From Neoconidiobolus thromboides FSU 785 (Eukaryota; Fungi; Entomophthoromycota), in assembly GCA_025603075.1 (NCBI GenBank), contig MU626340.1, positions 1 to 64,000 on the forward strand: a DNA stretch of 64,000 nt. The letters run 5' to 3'. The notes beneath the pieces are model-generated. The model saw only the letters and a list, made by a program, of their open reading frames with translations, ran no database searches and was not told where the DNA came from. The position numbers and the translations under genes are program-made. Shown piece by piece: positions 1 to 13,406 of the stretch. Position 1 is the stretch's first letter; each line of letters starts with the position of its first letter.

Positions 1-826
1 GAAAAAGAAATAGTAGAAGAATCAATCTTACAATTGTAAAAATAATAATACTAATTACTAACAATATTAATTTATTCAATAGGATTGCAGGATCTGATAC
101 AACATCTAATTCACTAACATGGTATTATATATATAAATTATACGTTAATATTAAACTATTTTTAGGATCTTTTATCTTTTATCAAAACATCCACAAATTT
201 GTATGAAGTTAAAAAATCACTTAAAAGATGAATTTGAGGATCAAAGTCAAATTAATTTTGTTAAATGTAAAGAAGAATGTGATTATCTTCGTGCTGTAAT
301 TTATGAAGGTTTAAGAATGTATCCTGTTGTACCTGGTGGTCTACCACGAATTATTCCAAGAGGTGGTAAAGTGATTGAAGGCTACTTTATTCCTGAAAAG
401 GTATTGTTTAGATTATGGTAACATTATAGTAACAAGAATAATATAATATTCATAATTTAGACTGCTTCTGTAATTGATATAAATTATATTCAAAACAATC
501 CAAATTATTGGGAAGAACCTAATATATTTAAGCCAGAGCGATGGATTGATCAAAATGGCAAGTTTCAAAGTCATAAAAACTTTATGCCCTTTTTAATTGG
601 CCCAAGAGCATGCTTAGGCAGAAGGTAACATATTATTTTATTATATAAATTAATCATTATAATTTTATATTCTAGTTTGGCTTGGATGGAACTTTATTTA
701 GCTACTGCATCATTAATCTATAGCTTCAATTTTAAGTTGAAAAACCAAAAGGACGTTGAATCTAGATTATTTCTGGTTAGCACACCAGAAAAAGCAATAA
801 ATATCTATGCTTTCAAAAATGAGTAA
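1..826 (+). CDS. Cytochrome P450, 3' part only (gene begins before the window); exons 1-35, 83-121, 166-400, 461-624, 676-826
   Basis: Spliced translation gives the I-helix AGSDTT, K-helix EGLR (ExxR), PERW and heme motif [10 protein letters not shown]. Introns are GT-AG; stop TAA at 824-826. Confidence 0.95.
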
Positions 827-1058
827 ATAAAGTTCTTTTATCAAGGTTTTACATTAATTTTTCAATATATTTATATTATACATTATAAATATTATACAAT
901 AAGCTATAGTTAGCTGCTATCAAGTTTATTTAAAGCAAAAGATTTGACAAGAAAAGAGTCAGTCAAAAATATTAGTTATTACATTAAAAATTAATCTAAA
1001 TGAAATGTATTAGGTATGAACATAAAATGATAGATTTATATGAAAATATTCAATAACC

Positions 1059-1164
1059 TAATGGAGATATTTTTTTGGCTTTATTACTTTTTCTACCTTT
1101 TAAGCGCTATTTGAGCGGAAAAATTGTTAGTAAAATTATTAAATACAAAAATACAGCCCCTAAT
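1059..1164 (+). mobile_element. MITE-like element copy (strand = arbitrary orientation A)
   Basis: Family core aagcgctatttgagcgg; flanked by the direct repeat TAAT/TAAT. Confidence 0.85.
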
Positions 1165-2403
1165 GTTAGTATGTTTTAAGTTCATATGTAACAACTTGAT
1201 ATTTAGTATATATAAATTCACATATCAATGAATCTACACGCAAGCATATAATGTGATCATATAATATGAAAATTTATTAATCAAAAGTTCAGAAATATAA
1301 AATATTCTAAGAAAAGCTACGAGAAGGACATGATGGCAGGAAAACAATTTTCTTTCAGAGAGGAATTTAGTAATTTTAATGAGCTGACTTTATCTCAATA
1401 TGTATTACTTCAAGTTAACAATCTAGGCTACAAATGTGTGTAATTGATTATTGGCACTTATGAATTAAATATTAAATATTGGAAAACACCTATTTATATT
1501 GATAAGGATAGGATAACAAAGCATTTAACGCGATTTTATAATTTTTAAAAAGTTTTATAGTCATAAATTATGTATGTAGCTCTCAAAAAAGGGAATTGAT
1601 TTATGAAAAACAAATGCTTTAGTTAAGATCGTTTCAAGTGTCAATTCATTAAGTGCTTTTTGGTTTGTACCTAATTTGTTTGTTGTAGTAATTATAATTA
1701 ACAAGGCTATCCTAGTATTTGTTTAGTCAATGTGAACTTTATTATTTTGTTTTCGATCAATTGTACTTTTGGCTGTCAACTTCAAAACAAGCGTATTAAA
1801 AACTTTAGCTATAAAAGCAATAACCAAAAACAAATATATTATTGAGATCTTAGTTTTATTATATCATCTATGTTTTTGTTACTGTCGATTGAATAATTAT
1901 ATTTTTAAGGAATAATTTAAAAAGTGCTTAAGCACACTTTGATCTCTAAATCATTAGTCTATTACATAATCAAATCTAATGAAAACAGAAGTAAGAACAA
2001 ATATTTGAAATTAAAAACTAGTATGATAATATAGCTTAAAATAGTATTTTAAAATGTTTATTCAATCTATATAAACAAAAATATACATCGGAAGAGTATC
2101 TAAATATTTATTAGCCCCTTGGTTTATTTCAGAGTAAATGTCTTATAGCTTAAATTGAATACTTACTTAATATAAAATAACACTGAATCTAATTTTTTAG
2201 CTTTTATTATAAATGGGGGTTTTAGATAATGATAGGTTGAAAATAACTTGGCATTTTTAAAAATAGAAATTAAAAATAGTCTAAAAAGAAAGATTTGGTC
2301 TATAACTAAGCGGATAAATTAGCATAAATATTAAATCAATTCTTAAAAAAATTATATAAATACAGTCAAAATTGATGACTCTTATTTAAGTTATTTATTT
2401 GTT

Positions 2404-3234
2404 ATGATGTTTACTTTTATATTTATTGGTATTGTAGTCATAATATTATCAATACTCTTTATTCACAACTTTAGTAAAAGAAATCGCCGCAACGCTCAAA
2501 GTAGAGATCAACAAGCTACTGAATTAAACAATACTTTAAGTGATACTGTAAATAATAACAATACTATAGTATTATTAAACCAAATAATAAATCCATCTAA
2601 TGGAACAGAATCGAAAGCTAAAGGTTGGAACTTTGAAGTGACAGTCAATTTAGTTGATAGAATATTATCTTATGAGGATAATAAACTTTATTTTGATCAA
2701 CTTAGTACTATTCAAACCAAAAATTATTTCAATGTAATAGCTAAACCTGGCTATTTTGAAATTGAAATATTAAAATTAGAGGGCTTATGCGACTTACTTA
2801 AAATTGGGCTTGGTCCTTTGACCGATGATTTAGATCAGGTTAAAGGTAATGAATTTATCTTATAAATAATTTTTGTTAATATTTTTATAGCTAGTAGTAT
2901 CTATTTAGATTGTATTAATAATGAAGTGATATTATATGGCAATAAAGTTAATTGGCTAAATTTAGGGTCAATAAATGTAGGAGATATAATAGGCTTTTTG
3001 TATTCTCCAAATGCAATAAATCAAATAACATTAACAGTCAATGGCAATGAGATAGGTGTACTAAACTATTCAATTGGAAGTAATCCCATTTTCCCAACAA
3101 TAAAGTGTAATAAAGGTGGTTTTGTTCAATTTAATTTCGGGAATATACCATTTAAATATCCTAACGCTAACAAATATCAGTATAATTTGATTCCTATAGC
3201 TTCTATCAGCGAACCTCCTCCATCATATTCTTAA
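2404..3234 (+). CDS. Single-pass membrane SPRY-domain protein, Ssh4/Ear1-like; intron 2846-2890
   Basis: N-terminal hydrophobic helix; SPRY-like segments GYFEIEIL, GDIIGFLY, TVNGNEIG, FPTI and FNFGNIPFKY; C-terminal PPSY. Two ORF-track entries join through one GT-AG intron. Confidence 0.8.
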
Positions 3235-3574
3235 TTTTAGTATTTTATTATTATTTGTAAATAAAAAACTTGATAGCTTATTATTTTTTAATTTATTTTT
3301 TATGAGCAAAATAACCATGAAAGAGAAACTGACCAAAGTAAATTGGTTCCCTTTCATTTTCTCATTGCTACACTTGTTCTATCGTACTTAAAACAAGACT
3401 TATTTGGTTAGTGATATAACTTATAAGGCAGAAAAGTAGAATACAATAGTAAAGAAACAATTAAATGTAATTTATCAAATTTATACTGCAATTTCAAGTA
3501 TGAATTATGGGATCATAAATTTTATTTCCAAAATTAACTTGACTTGATTGGCTAATTTCAATTAGGCTTTTGCA

Positions 3575-4818
3575 TTAGTCCATATCATATTCTTCATAAT
3601 CTTGTTTATCGTATTCTTCATTTTCATAATAATGACTTGACCTATTAGTACCATCCATTTGTTTTTTAAATTCAAGCTCTTGCTGACGATAAAACTCGAT
3701 ATAGTCATCATAATCTAATAAGAAATTGTGTAAATAAAAATGAAGATAAAAATAAACAATATAAGCATACCTAACTCTGAATTTTCCGATTCATAAGCTT
3801 CATAGTTATATTCTTCTTCTTCTTCTTCTTCCTCTGGATAATCGTTAGCATAGTAATCTTCCTGATTAGAATCTTCTGCATCTGTAAAATCATCTTCACT
3901 TTCAATACCAAAATCTATATTTTCATACTCTCTTTCATTAAGTTCATCTTCGATATCTAATGAGAGCCAATTAACAGCAGCCTTGGGTTGAAAGGTGCCT
4001 ATCGCCCGTTCTCCAGAATCAGAGTCAAGTTCATAATAATCATAAACATATTCTGAGTCCTCATTTTCGATACTTTCTTCATTATCAACTATAAATTATT
4101 AGTGTTATGTCAAATTTAGTAAATTACCAACAGGCTTACTTCTCAGTTTCTTTTCAAACAAATTTTGTAACTCCGAAGCAGCATCAGGTACCTCATTTTT
4201 TCTATAAACTTTTGGAGGCTCTGCTATAGCAGTTCCCTTTTTTTCTCTTTGCTTTGGTATAAGCTCATAAACGATGACATTATGGTTTTTTCCCTTTTTT
4301 TTCTCTTCTCTTTCTTGTTCTGAATCTTCATCGGAAGAACCAAGCTCTGGTAAATCCTTATTGCGACATATAATACTATACCTCTGTTGATTCACGTTTT
4401 CCTATAAGAATAAATCAAAAATTGTTATTAACAAAGAAAGTTTTGTTTATACCCTATTGCGTTTTTCATTCTTTTTCTTTCCTAATTGGATAGTTTGACT
4501 AGTGGACTTGACTTGGTCTTTAGGAGAAACTTGCTTTTTCCTAGTTTGTTTGTCAAATGATAGCTCTTGAGCGAGTTTCTCGATCTCCTTTTCATCAAAA
4601 TCATTTAGTTCATCTTCTTTCTTAGCTTCAACCGTTTTGACTAACTTAATGACTTTATTCTTGGATCCTTGCTCCTGTCTACCATTGATTAATATTTTAT
4701 GTTCTTGAGCATCATTCTTCTTCCTTTTAATACAAAATAAGATCTTCCTTTCTATTTCGGCTTCATTTTCTTTCCTTTTTTTCCCTTCTTTCCTCTTAAT
4801 GTTATCTTTTGTGTTCAT
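3575..4818 (-). CDS. IWR1: Iwr1/SLC7A6OS-family RNA polymerase II nuclear import factor (multi-exon)
   Basis: Minus-strand exon encodes DAEDSNQEDYYANDYPEEE (Iwr1 signature). Basic N-terminal IKRKK motif, acidic C-terminus, stop TAA at 3575-3577. Confidence 0.8.
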
Positions 4819-7146
4819 TGCTTTTTAAAAAGAAACAAAAAAACCAAGGACTTTATTTTGAGCTCTTATTTTCTAAATGCCTATGCCCAACCCAATAAGA
4901 AATTAATAAACAGGTTTGGCCCTTCAAATGTTAGACTAAAATTTAGCAATGGTATTTCACACAACTTAAGGTTTAATATTAAATAAAATGAATTTAGTAC
5001 CATATATGACATAAATTAGCATTTATCAAATAGATCAAGGCAGTATATTAAAGATAGGCTTATTACATAATTGAAGTTATAGAATAGAAATTAATAACTT
5101 AAACTTTGATATTTTTATTTACGAAAATAGTCTATTAATTTCAGTTATTAAACTGAACTACTTTAATGAATTTTATATGATATACACATAAAAACATTGT
5201 GAAGCATAAAGCTTCTATGTTGTTTATATAAAACAACCAAAATAATCAAAGTCTAATTAGAATTAATATCTTGATTATATATATATATATATAAACATCA
5301 TTCAATTTGAAATTTAATTAAATGTAAAATTATATTTAAATTAAAATGCTAAAGGAAAATATGTATCACAAACATTTACTAGTTTGTATGCAAGAAAATT
5401 TTAAATATAGTACATTATGATATTAATATTTTTAATCTAATACTTTTACTTATACTATATTATAAAATACTAAATCAGAAGTAAAATTGATCAACACCCG
5501 CTACATTAGAGTAAAATTATTGTTATCTTAAGCATTGGTTGTCTAGACAATGACCCTACACATCATTCCTTTACTTATAAACAATCTGATTCAATAGGAG
5601 TCCACCATTTTTAGCTACTTTTTTTTAAAACTCTTAAAAGTTTAATATACACGTTGCTCAAAATCTAAAGTACAATTTATCAGTCTTTGAGTTATAAATT
5701 TAAAACTAAATCTGACTGTAGAGTTTGATTTATGGTTTTATTGAAGATACTAAGCTTAAGATGCTTAAATCATTAACATCGATATTAACATTACGCTTTG
5801 TTTTCTTTATCAAAATAATTAAACGGATTACAATATAGAGGAAAATTAAATACAACTATCTGTTTTTGACAGTACCATTCAATATTAATAGTGCCATTGA
5901 AAATTCATCTTTAAATGGATCAGTAATATGACTAACCTTTATTTGATGAGTCCAAGCAAGTTTTGTCTGAGGATTTAATCACTCTTATAAATCCTGAGGC
6001 TTCCTTTATGTATAAAGATAACACACTAGATTCGATATCTTATAGCTTTAAAAATCATCCAAGCATTAGTGTTAAAAAAGTAGCTAAGCTGTTTATTGAT
6101 CATTATACATTCAATAAAATTAGAACAATCAAGCCAGACCTAACAGAAAAAGGGTTTTGATCCCTTTTAAATCCCCTCAATTAGCTGAAGAAGCTTGGAA
6201 CTCACAGGCTCCAATATACAACACTAATCATATTATAAAAACAAAAGTAGTTAAGAAATCTATAGTTACTTATGAAGTTTGAGTTTACTTATTATAATAA
6301 ATCAATGATTGTTTTAGATGCTTCATAGGCCCTTATCGCGCTTATTACATCAGTGCATTATACAACTTTATCTGCTTTTTCAAATGTTGTTTCTATGTTC
6401 AGTGAAGAAGTTGAACTCCTATGGACAACTAATATTGCGCAATGTTAAACTTCTGAAAACAAGCATAATCAAACTAATACTTCAATAAGCCCCAAACGTA
6501 AAAACTCCGATTCAACTTTTGATACTCCTTTTGAGCTACAATCCTCTTAATGCTCTTTATCTGCATCTAAAAAAACAATACTGGTTCAAATTTAAACTTG
6601 ATTTTTCCCAAGCCTCTTAATCCTAAAGCATTTCAAGCTATTCCATCTTCTAAAAAATCAAAAACTAATAATTTTAACATAAATGCTGTAAAAGTAGAAC
6701 TACTTGCGCCTTCTGTTATTGAGTTTAATGAATTAATTGGTGAGTTTCCTTTTCTGCTTCTTTATTAGAGATATTTGTTCCAATAACAGCCACCTCTATT
6801 CTAAATGTCTATAAAAATATAATTTTTAAAGATGAATATACAATAACAATACCATCAATCTTAAAGAATAATGGTAATACTATTATTAAATGCATGTCGG
6901 CAGCTCATTTAGAAATTCAGTGTAGTCATAATACTGTTTTTGGCAAATATATTTTATACAAAGTAGAGCTTATAAAAGATATTAAGATGAACTCAAAGGG
7001 CTTTTAATGGGGTTTGCTAATTGTGATTCAAAAGAAGATCCAGATTTTTTAAATCAAATTAATTATTTGTTGAAATCTGGTTTAATTATATTTGAAACCA
7101 AAATAAACATCATTCCTTGAATTATCTTATCATTTTTTTCAGTAAA

Positions 7147-9661
7147 ATGCTTGTATTAGATTTGAATAATAGCTTATCAACAGACGGAATTAAAAAAGAG
7201 AAAGATTATCAAGATAAAAAAAACGAAATTATTAACGCTTTATCAACACTTGGTAATAGAAATTCAATTGATCTTATACATTGAAAATAATGAAAAATAG
7301 GTTTCTTTTATGCTCAAAATCATGGAATAGAAGAGAAAGAGATCAAACAGTTATTTAAAATAGTAAATATGTTTTTTTGTAATAGTTTTTTTATTAAATA
7401 TATTCTAGGCAAAACAGTTTTTTAATGAAAAAGAAGAGATAAAAAACAAGTACCCCTTCACAGGAAATGAGGGATATAGTCGACTTGGACAAGAAAGGTA
7501 ATTAGTCTTAATAATTTTAAATAGTATACTTAATAAGTTTAGATTATCTAAAAAATACCAATTAGACTATAAAGAAGCCTTTAATTTACCATCCAACTTT
7601 AAACAACTTGAACATCCACTTCCAGAAATATTTGAAAATGATAAAGCGTTTTTAGACACTTTTACAAAGGTATAAATTCTAGTTGATAACCAGACTTTTA
7701 GTAATATTAAAATAGAAATGTAATCAAACATGTCAAACTATATTAAGAGAAATAGCTCTATCTTTAGATTTAGNNNNNNNNNNNNNNNNNNNNNNNNNNN
7801 NNNNNNNNNNNNNNNNNNNNNNNNNNNNNNNNNNNNNNNNNNNNNNNNNNNNNNNNNNNNNNNNNNNNNNNNNNNNNNNNNNNNNNNNNNNNNNNNNNNN
7901 NNNNNNNNNNNNNNNNNNNNNNNNNNNNNNNNNNNNNNNNNNNNNNNNNNNNNNNNNNNNNNNNNNNNNNNNNNNNNNNNNNNNNNNNNNNNNNNNNNNN
8001 NNNNNNNNNNNNNNNNNNNNNNNNNNNNNNNNNNNNNNNNNNNNNNNNNNNNNNNNNNNNNNNNNNNNNNNNNNNNNNNNNNNNNNNNNNNNNNNNNNNN
8101 NNNNNNNNNNNNNNNNNNNNNNNNNNNNNNNNNNNNNNNNNNNNNNNNNNNNNNNNNNNNNNNNNNNNNNNNNNNNNNNNNNNNNNNNNNNNNNNNNNNN
8201 NNNNNNNNNNNNNNNNNNNNNNNNNNNNNNNNNNNNNNNNNNNNNNNNNNNNNNNNNNNNNNNNNNNNNNNNNNNNNNNNNNNNNNNNNNNNNNNNNNNN
8301 NNNNNNNNNNNNNNNNNNNNNNNNNNNNNNNNNNNNNNNNNNNNNNNNNNNNNNNNNNNNNNNNNNNNNNNNNNNNNNNNNNNCTAGTTGATAACCAGAC
8401 TTTTAGTAATATTAAAATAGAAATGTAATCAAACATGTCAAACTATATTAAGAGAAATAGCTCTATCTTTAGATTTAGATAAAGATTACTTTATTAAAGC
8501 ACATCAATATGAAGACAAATCAGGTAGTATAATGCGTATTTTACATTACCCACCATTATCCAAAGATATTGATAGAAATACAATTACTCGTGCTGGAAGG
8601 TAAGTTGAACTACCTTTTTTATATCAATAAATTAATAATCAATTTCTATAGTCATTCAGATTATGGTACATTAACTTTATTATTCCAAGAAGATAGCGAA
8701 ATTGGTGAAGAAAATAGTGGATTACAAGTATTGAAGGACCAAAATAGTGATGAGTGGTTAGATGTACCTTATAAAAAAGGAAGTATTATAGTAAATGTTG
8801 CGGATCTGTTATCTATTTGGACAGAAGGTAGATTAAGATCAGCTAAACATCGAGTAGTTTTACCAGAAAATAGCAAACTAGATACTAATCGGTAAGCTCT
8901 TGTTTTTATTTTAAGAATGAGGATTAACGAATTTNNNNNNNNNNNNNNNNNNNNNNNNNNNNNNNNNNNNNNNNNNNNNNNNNNNNNNNNNNNNNNNNNN
9001 NNNNNNNNNNNNNNNNNNNNNNNNNNNNNNNNNNNNNNNNNNNNNNNNNNNNNNNNNNNNNNNNNNNNNNNNNNNNNNNNNNNNNNNNNNNNNNNNNNNN
9101 NNNNNNNNNNNNNNNNNNNNNNNNNNNNNNNNNNNNNNNNNNNNNNNNNNNNNNNNNNNNNNNNNNNNNNNNNNNNNNNNNNNNNNNNNNNNNNNNNNNN
9201 NNNNNNNNNNNNNNNNNNNNNNNNNNNNNNNNNNNNNNNNNNNNNNNNNNNNNNNNNNNNNNNNNNNNNNNNNNNNNNNNNNNNNNNNNNNNNNNNNNNN
9301 NNNNNNNNNNNNNNNNNNNNNNNNNNNNNNNNNNNNNNNNNNNNNNNNNNNNNNNNNNNNNNNNNNNNNNNNNNNNNNNNNNNNNNNNNNNNNNNNNNNN
9401 NNNNNNNNNNNNNNNNNNNNNNNNNNNNNNNNNNNNNNNNNNNNNNNNNNNNNNNNNNNNNNNNNNNNNNNNNNNNNNNNNNNNNNNNNNNNNNNNNNNN
9501 NNNNNNNNNNNNNNNNNNNNNNNNNNNNNCCTATCTTTCCTATTGGTCATAAGGAGAATGAAATTAATGAAAAGACTGTATGTAATATTGGTCCTAGTCC
9601 TTTCACTTTTGGAGAAACTGATGCTGTTTATTTGAATCGACGTTTAAAGGAAACTTATTAG
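7147..9661 (+). CDS. 2-oxoglutarate/Fe(II) dioxygenase (IPNS/DIOX_N-like), multi-exon, interrupted by two assembly gaps
   Basis: Exons encode LGFFYAQNHGI, MRILHYPP, HSDYGTLTLLFQ (HxD), RSAKHRV (distal His) and the C-terminus YLNRRLKETY*. Confidence 0.9.
7774..8383. other. Assembly gap (610 N), probably spurious
   Basis: The 95 bp before the gap (7679-7773) are repeated exactly after it (8384-8478). Confidence 0.9.
8935..9530. other. Assembly gap (596 N) inside the dioxygenase gene
   Basis: Run of N; coding frame of the dioxygenase resumes at 9531 (…IFPIGHKENE). Confidence 0.95.
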
Positions 9662-9960
9662 TTAAAGAGTATCTGTGCTTTAAGATGACATTATATAAAT
9701 AAAGCTATCTTATATTACTAATTGCTTTAATTGTTTTTCATTTGATTGTTTTGATAGTTTTTATATAGGATTGTTATTACTTTATTAATATATGTATTTA
9801 AGAAGATATCCAATTGATATTCCTACACAACTTGGCTTGGTATCTTTAATCCCCTTTTTATTGGTTAATACAAAATATCATTACGTGGTAAAATAAATAA
9901 ATATAAATATCAAATATTATTCTTTTAACTTATTTTTAAATTGTTTTTATAAAGTAAAAT

Positions 9961-11055
9961 ATGAATAATAACGAAACCATAATAATCACTGGTGCCTCTG
10001 GTTTATTAGGTAGAAAAGTTTACCAGGTAATTAAGTCGGAAGGCAAATTTAAAAACAGTAAGAATTGAATGAGAATTAAAAATGTTTAATATTGATTTCA
10101 ATTACTAGTTATTGGTCTTGCTTTTTCAAGAGCTGAAGATGATTTGATTAAAGTAAATAATTATAGTAAATAAATAAAATGAATATTGATATATTTGATT
10201 CAGATTGATTTAACTAATACCGAACAAGTAAAGCAATTATTTGATACTTATAAACCCAACGGTAAATTAATAATTGAGCTTTATTCTATTAAAAACAGTA
10301 AATTAATTCCCTCTTATAATTAGTTGTTATCCATTGTGCAGCTGAAAGATTTCCAGATAAAGTAGAAAGCAATCCAGAAGAAACAATTAAAGTAAAAATT
10401 TCAAATCAAACTTATTTTACATAATAATTAATCTAAAATATTCTTTTAGTTAAATGTACAGGCTACTAAAGAACTAGGATTATTATGTAAACAATACAAT
10501 ACACGATTAATTTATATATCTTCAGATTATGTATTTGATGGCGTAAAACCACCTTATTCTCCTAATGATTTACCTAATCCATTGAACTTTTATGGTAAAA
10601 TTTATTGATAATAAGTTTAATATGAGTGTAAAATAATAATGAGTTGTGTTTATTTTAATTTTAATTAGGCAAAACAAAACATGAAGGTGAAAAAGAATTA
10701 ATTTCAATTGATTTTGATTTGGTAATTTTAAGAGTTCCAGTATTGTAAGTACTTGTTTTATAATATGACAAATTGTTATTTTTTATATTGATATTAGATA
10801 TGGTGAAACAAAATATTTAAAAGAATCTGCTATTAATTGTTTAATTGAATCTGTTAAAGTAAGCTCATTTTTATACTAATTATTGTGATTTTATATTTAT
10901 CATCATTTTAGAGTTCAGATAAACAAATTAAAATGGATCATTTAATGCCAAGATATCCTACTTATGGTAAATATATCAATATACTAATATTATTAATTAT
11001 TTATTTATTTGTTTATTATAGTTGGAGATATTGCTAAACTATGTAAAAATTTAAG

Positions 11056-11096
<41 letters not shown>

Positions 11097-11497
11097 TTTA
11101 TTTTAGATCGCAACAGATTCCCTAACTTACCTAACATTTTGCATTTTTCAAATACTAAAGTTCATTCCAAATATGAAATTTGTGGTAAGTTAATTTTATT
11201 TTATTTATTTTGTTGTGTTTAAAGTCACTTTTTTTTAGTTATATTTGCCAAATTATTAAATGTTAATATGGATCATATTATTCCAGTTACTGAAAAAGTA
11301 AACGATGGTAAGTAGTTGTTTATTATTCTGTTTTTATATTAAACATTGTTTATTAATATAATCTTAATATTTTAGGTGTCTTGAGACCGGATAATGTCCA
11401 TTTAGATATCACATTAACCAAAGAATTAGGTCTAATTGATTTTGAATTTACAGATATCGAAAATTATTTTAAAACTTATTTTGAAAATCAAAATTAG
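9961..11497 (+). CDS. MAT2B: RmlD-like NAD(P)-binding protein (methionine adenosyltransferase II beta / dTDP-4-dehydrorhamnose reductase family); 12 exons; missed by the ORF track
   Basis: Spliced: IIITGASGLLGR (Rossmann), VVIHCAAERFPD, LIYISSDYVFDG, PNPLNFYGKTK (YxxxK), ILRVPVLYGE, RYPTYVGDIA, RPDNVHLD. Eleven GT-AG introns. Confidence 0.9.
11058..11093 (+). repeat. (TAA)n microsatellite forming most of an intron of the MAT2B-like gene
   Basis: gtaataataataat… from the donor GT at 11058; about 11 perfect units. Confidence 0.9.
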
Positions 11498-11503
11498 ATT
11501 AAA

Positions 11504-11610
11504 ATATGAATGTGTGTTTTTTGACTTTATCACTTTTTCCATCTTTTAAGCGCTATTTTAGTAGAAAAATTGTTAGTGAAGCTCTTAAACACAAAAATAC
11601 ATCCCTATAT
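11504..11610 (+). mobile_element. MITE-like element copy, 7 nt after the MAT2B-like stop
   Basis: Family sequence; ATAT/ATAT flanks. Confidence 0.85.
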
Positions 11611-12017
11611 ATTATTAATAAATTTTAGTGGCTAATAAGCGGAAGTTCATTGATTTATAAAACTTACATGTTGAATTTTTATGCTATTATTTTTTATGCT
11701 ATTATTTTAATTTAATTTTAATGTAGTGAGGATTTTTTTAATTTTGTAATGTTACTTATTAAAAGATTTTGATATTATTAATTTTGTAAGTTCTATTAAA
11801 ACACTTAAATAAAGAAAATGTCAAATTAAATAAGACTCATTTTACATTGAAACTTGAACCGGTAATATATATCAATTAATTAATTAATTAGTAATATTCA
11901 AATGAATTACTTTAAATAGCAATAACCAGTGGATTAGCTTTCATAATATCATAATAATATTAATAATGATAAGTTTACTTGTTTTTTTTCTATTTTTTTA
12001 TTTTTTTAATTAATATA

Positions 12018-13000
12018 ATGTATAATCAATTTATCCTGATATCATTACTATTCACAACCTTAATATTAAGTAAATGTAATGCTCCTTCCTCGACTTCAAA
12101 CATCATTTCAAAGTATAGCAAACCGAAACCAAAATTTTCTCAATTAACTATTAATGTCACTAATACTAATAATAATAGTACTGAAGATACTAATAGTAAT
12201 GATAGTCGAATAATTGGAGGATTTACAGTAACCACCAGAAAATATCCCTTTCTAGTATCCATTCAAGATAAGAGTATAGGTCATTTGTGTGGAGGAACAA
12301 TCATGAATTCTCAATTAATAATAACAGCAGGACATTGTTTAATTGAAAGAGAAAAAGAAAGTATGAGAATAAAATATGGTGATAATGAATTAAAAAAGAT
12401 GAAATATGAATTAAGTATATTACAATTAATAATTCATCCTAATTATAATAAATTATCTAATGGTGAAGTTATTAATGATATTGGCTTAATTCAATTTAAT
12501 AAAGAAGATGGAGTAGGCGATGGAGATTTAAGTTTTATTTCCAATATATCTAGTAATGATTTGACATTGGACAATGAATTAGTTAAAGTTGTTGGTTGGG
12601 GATATACCGAAGAAGATGGTATTGTTAGTAACGAATTAAATGAAGTAATAGTTATTACAATTATAATAAATTAAATACTAATATTCAAATTAAATAGGTT
12701 GATTTGACTACTTTAAATACGAATACCTGTAAACAACACTGGAAATATATTAATTCATATAACACTATTTGTGCTTGGAAAAAAGAAGGTGGAAAAGATG
12801 GATGTCAAGGGGATTCAGGTGGTCCGTTATTATTATTAAATTCCAATACAAATGAATATACTATTATCGGTATTATTTCTAATGGTATTGGATGTGGTGA
12901 AAAAGAAATGCCTTCAGTTTATACTCGAATTTATTATTATAAATATTGGTTACAACAAGTTACAATGAATTACGACTTAGAAGATTTAATATTTTATTAA
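12018..13000 (+). CDS. Secreted trypsin-like serine protease (S1A); intron 12645-12697
   Basis: Signal peptide, S/T/N-rich propeptide, R-IIGG activation site, LCGG, TAGHC (His), DIGLI (Asp), GCQGDSGGP (Ser), with Asp in the S1 pocket (KDGCQG). Confidence 0.97.
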
Positions 13001-13406
13001 AAATCAAAATAAATTTGTATCATTTTTGTTATGTTGAATGACTCATTGTTAGTTTTTGTTTTGTTTTGTTTAATTTTAAATTTAGGAGGTTTTGATAATG
13101 ATAAGATATAAATTGAGTCAACTCTAAGATTTAATATTTTTCCGTAATACTTTTTTTGCAGTTTACAAATTAAGCTTAAATGCTAACAAAATATTTTTTT
13201 ATTGAAATTTTGCAATTATAACCAAAATTAAATTAAATTACTTTAATGATAAAATTAGTCTACCTCATAAATGGAATCATATTATTGGCTCAAATGGGAA
13301 TTTTTTTAATTTAAGTTTCGATTATCTATCAATATAGAAAATCAAAAATAGTTAAAAATTAATAAAAGTGTCTTTACTTTTATCAATTAATTTTAATATT
13401 TAAAAA

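Noticed and set aside
7730-9552. Four long ORF-track entries made mostly of X
   Set aside because: They read through N-gaps and are not real proteins; the region is the spliced dioxygenase gene.
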